Assembly (NCBI GenBank): GCA_004431415.1
Contig: QPMI01000560.1
Location: forward strand, 186,001 to 250,000
Source of the DNA: Cyanophora paradoxa CCMP329
Lineage: Eukaryota; Plantae; Glaucophyta
DNA length: 64,000 nt
Reading direction: 5' to 3'
This document shows, in pieces, positions 60,228-64,000 of this stretch; position 1 is the first letter of the stretch; every line of letters begins with the position of its first letter. A program made the translations under genes and the position numbers. Under the pieces are notes generated by a model, which searched no databases, had not been told where the DNA came from, and saw only the letters and a program-made list of their open reading frames with translations.

Positions 60228-60260
60228 CTTGGCTTGGCTGGCTGGCTTTGTTCGAGCGGA

Positions 60261-61761
60261 ATGCAATCGAACTTCTTTGGCGCTCTCGCTGAGGATGAGA
60301 AACCCGCCGCGGCGCCCGGCAGCGGCTTTTCCGCGGTGGCCTCCCTGCACCCGCTTTTGCCCCCGCATTCGTGCGCCGCTGATCATGACCGCATCTGAGA
60401 CGGCAGGCGCTCAAAGACAAGTTGAAGCAGCTTCGAGTCACGGCTCGCGAGCATGGGCTCGAGCTGGACGCGACGCCACCCGAAGTCGTGACAATTCTGA
60501 GGTTAGCCAGCCCGGCGTACGTTCCCGCATGATCGATGGATCGATCGAACGCAGGGGCATTGAGTCGAGTGAGACGCAACGCGAAGTTGTTCGCGCGACG
60601 ACCGTGCGCTGCACCTTTGCGCCCGCCGCCCGCCCCTCTGTGACGCACCGCTCGCGCAGGCGAAGATAGCTAAGGGCCCTGCCGGCCTGACGTTGAAGCA
60701 GCTCATCAAGTATGTGAATCAGGCCATCAAGGAAGTGACGCCAGCAGCGGCAGCCCCCGCGGCCGCGAGCAATGCCCCACAGCCCGCCCCACAGAAGCCC
60801 AAAGCACCAACCGACGCCAGAGGTGCGCTTGCCGGCCCCTTACTTTGCACCGCGGGCTCATAGTGCGCAGAATCGGAGAAGCCCACCGCACACGCACGCG
60901 AGGCAGCGCCCCCTGTGCGACCGCAGCCGGCGCAGCGGCACAGCCCCGCGGGCCAGCCGCCGCCGCCGCGGGCCGGCCTGCCGGCGCGGGCGACCCCTCC
61001 GCCAGTGCCGAGGGAAGCATCCACAGCGGCGGCATCGGCGCCGGCAGCGCGTGCGGCGGCGGCGGCGGCGCCGGCAGCGGCCGGGGCGCCCCCGCCTCAG
61101 CTGGCGCCGGCGCGCCGCCGGCGGCCGCGGCGGCCGGCCCGAGCGCCGGGGAGCTGGCGGCGCGGGAGGAGGTCGCGCGGCTGCGGATCGCGATGGCGTC
61201 GCTGCAGATGGAAGTGCAGCAGCTGCAGGCGGCGAACGCGCACCTCACCGCCGCCAACGCGCACCTCATGCAGCAGTGCAACGGCTTCTGGGCCGCCGCG
61301 CAGCAGGCGGAGCAGCGCGCGGCGGCGGCGGCGAGCGCGGCGGCGGCGGCGGCGGCGGCGCAGGCGGCGCAGGGGCGGCTGGGGCGGTCTCGTGCGAGGA
61401 GCTCGAGGAGCGGCAGCGGTGCGGGGGCCCCGCGGCGCGGTCCCTGGGGCCGGGGCGGTCGAGGCCTGAGCGGGCGCAGGAGGCGGGCGGACGCGGAGGC
61501 GCGGGCGGCGGCGGCGGAGGCGCGGGCGGGGAGCTCGAGGCCCGCGTGGCGGCCCTCGAGGGGGACCTCGCCGCCGCCCGCGCCGGCCCCGCCGCCCCCA
61601 GGCCGCAGGCCGAGGCCGAGGCCAAGGCGACCGAGGCGGCCGAGGCCAAGCGGGACGCAGGAGGCGCAAGCGGGGAGGAAGACGCCGCGCCCGAGGCCGA
61701 CGACGTCGATCCCGATGCCGCCGCCGAGGCGGACCCGGACGGCCCCGCGGCCGAGAGCTGA
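60261..61761 (+). CDS. Unknown coiled-coil protein (spliced)
   Basis: MQSNFFGALAEDEKP.../ALKDKLKQLRV.../GIESSETQ.../AKIAKGPAGLTLKQLIKYVNQAIKEV, with in-frame GT-AG introns and an acidic tail. Confidence 0.55.
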
Positions 61762-62045
61762 GCGCGCCCGGGGCCCGGCCCCGCCTGCACTCCGCGCTTT
61801 GGATCCACCATACTGTTTATTGAAAAGAGCAACACGTACTCTCAGTACAAGGAACTGTGACGGCGCGCAAAAAATGGCGGGGCATAGGGGAACTGCTGCG
61901 GAACGAGTGCACGGGGCCATTGCGCCGTTATCGAATGCGGCATATGCTGCCTGGGCCGAAACTTAAAACTCATGAGAACTGTACACCTGCAAAATTGGAG
62001 CAGTGCTAGATAAACGAGCGGAAAGGGAAATGGGCGGACTGCCGG

Positions 62046-63671
62046 CTACTGCGGTTGAGGCGGCTCGAGTGGCGGGGGCGGGCAAGGTCCGGAGGGGAGG
62101 GCGGAGGGGGATGGGGGCAGAAAGGATTCGAAGAGGGCTACGAGTGTCTGGAGGCCGAGGATGTACCCCTCATCCCGCTCGCCGGGCAGGGCGCGGTGCG
62201 TGTGCGCGAAGTCGATCATGCGCAGCTCCACGCGGTGCCTCCGCCGCTTCCACTGCAGGCCGCCCCCGACGCGGATCGCTCGCTTGCGCAGCTCGTCCCC
62301 CGCGGCGCCCGTCGCCCGCAGGGGCACCGGCGGCGTCGCCGAGGGCCGCGACGACGCCGAGGCCGACGCTGCCGCGTCGGGCTCCGAGTTGTCGCTGCTC
62401 GAGGCGTCCCCCGCCTCCGAGGCCGCGCACGACGAGGCGCCCGAGCCCTCGCCGTGCCCGTTTCCCTCCCCCTCCTCCCCCTCCTCCCCCGCCTCCGGCC
62501 CCCGCTCCGCGTCCCGCGAGCCCGACGCCGCGCCCGGCGGCCCCGCCGGCGGCTCCTCCCCGTCGTACACCAGCAGCAGGCTACTCGAGTAGAAGCTGCG
62601 CCGCCGCGTCGGCCGCGGCAACCGCGAGGCGCGCGGCGCGCGGCGAGCGGCGCACCGGAACTCCCGCTGGTCCAAGAAGAGCGCGAGCAGCTTGCGCAGG
62701 CGATCCAGGAAGAGCGGCACGAGGTCCGTGCGGTACCTGCGCCCGCCGTCAGCTGTACGTGCATGCCCCGCGCTCCGCCGCTCGCGCTGGACTCGCCTGC
62801 TGCCGTTGTGAAAGTACCGCCGCACGCAGTTCCTGAACGTCTCCTCGTCAAGCTTCTTGCCGAAATGGCGGTCCCTTCGGAAGAAGTTGTGTGCATTCGT
62901 GTCGTACACCTGCTCGTACGCGGGGCTATGAGCTACGATAGAGATTGAGATCACTAAGCGCGGCTGGGGACGCGTGCGCTGCACCTGCATGCCCGTGAGG
63001 CGTACGCCGAGCTTGGCCGACGTCGAGTTGAGACACTTGGCCATCATTGCCGCGATCTTGGCGGGGGGGGCGTCATCGTCGTGCTGACGTATACCCATTT
63101 TCAGATCGAGCACGCATGGCTGCTTCATCCCGCTCGTCAGGTCCTCCAGCAGGATGAATCGTGGGCGAATCTGTCAAGGTCGGTTGCGGGATCTGGTGCG
63201 AATCTAGGGCGGGGAGCTAAGCAAAAGGCATAAAGGATATGTCGCAGCTTCTTGGAGTCCACGGTCCTGAACGGTACACAGCGCGGGATACCCGCCAGGG
63301 CGAGGGCGCGCTCGCGGTCCATCTCAGTGACGAGGGACTTGGAGAGGCAGCTGCGGACTTCCTGCGACGGCGACGAGCCGAGTACAACATCCTCCTCAAG
63401 TTCGCAGCTGCCGAGGTAGGACGGGACAAAAGGCCAGAACCGCCGATGCGCTTTCACGGCTTCGTAGAACTCCCCCTCCGTGGGGATGAAGGGCTTGCAG
63501 ACGCAGTCGGGAGAAGGCTTTAGAAGCCTTCCGTGGCCCGCAACCTGCCGCGCCCGGTGTGAGACCGCATGAATACCCAAGCGCCTTTCCGCGGAACGCC
63601 CAGATTCGCGTCACCTGGTGCTCGTAGTTTCCCAACGTTGCGAAGCCCACGCTCTCGTCCAAAGATGCCAT
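62046..63671 (-). CDS. Inositol polyphosphate kinase (IP6K/IPMK family)
   Basis: [26 protein letters not shown] (PxxxDxKxG), [32 protein letters not shown]. Confidence 0.93.
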
Positions 63672-64000
63672 CCGCTCATCGACCGGGAGGACCCCGAGCT
63701 TTTTCAGGGGGGTAGGGGGTTCTCAAGCGGTTCGTTCGATCGAAGCCGCGGGCGGTCCGAAGTGTGCAGGTCCAGGAGCGAAGCATACAAGGGGCGCGCC
63801 GATAGATAACGCGAGGTGGACGCGCGTCGGCGCCCGAACTCCCCATCATAGCTCCCGCATCCGCGGCGCCAGCGTGTCCTCATTGAAGATCCGAGGGCGT
63901 AAACCTAACGGCAGCACCAGCCCGCTCGAGTCACGACTTTTCAGTCCGGCTCAAACTTTCGATGCTTCGCACGCTCTCTGCCGCATCGGCGGCGCACCGC

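Noticed and set aside
137-63809. Hundreds of long overlapping Arg/Pro/Gly/Ala-rich ORFs on both strands
   Set aside because: These are shadow frames caused by high GC and few stop codons. The real genes are spliced and carry recognisable motifs.

Overview
GC-rich, gene-dense eukaryotic nuclear DNA with many short (about 55-120 nt) spliceosomal introns, so the unspliced ORF track is mostly misleading. An F-containing plastid-type transit peptide with no signal peptide on the aminopeptidase hints at a primary-plastid alga such as a glaucophyte (inference). Manual splicing gives about 17 protein genes. Recognisable ones: an SDR, a PHRF1/SCAF11-like RING protein, an M17 leucine aminopeptidase, a TPR protein, a motor-less myosin-I-tail protein, PEX6, a Kv channel, an hnRNP-Q acidic-domain repeat protein, an acyl-protein thioesterase and an inositol polyphosphate kinase. 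There are also two identical tRNA-Phe genes, a TA-flanked MITE and a Tx1/L1-like retroelement. Most striking: (1) a 9-kb gene fusing an Asteroid/FAM120-type PIN nuclease to a spindle-E/TDRD9-like DExH helicase and about five dsRBD-like repeats; (2) a vWA-IFI44 GTPase-CCCH-RGG-LOTUS-like fusion; (3) a gag-only LINE ending in poly(C) between perfect 18-bp direct repeats, inside a bidirectional promoter; (4) frequent GC-AG introns and 8-21-nt microexons. All exon boundaries and domain calls were made by eye, without database searches.
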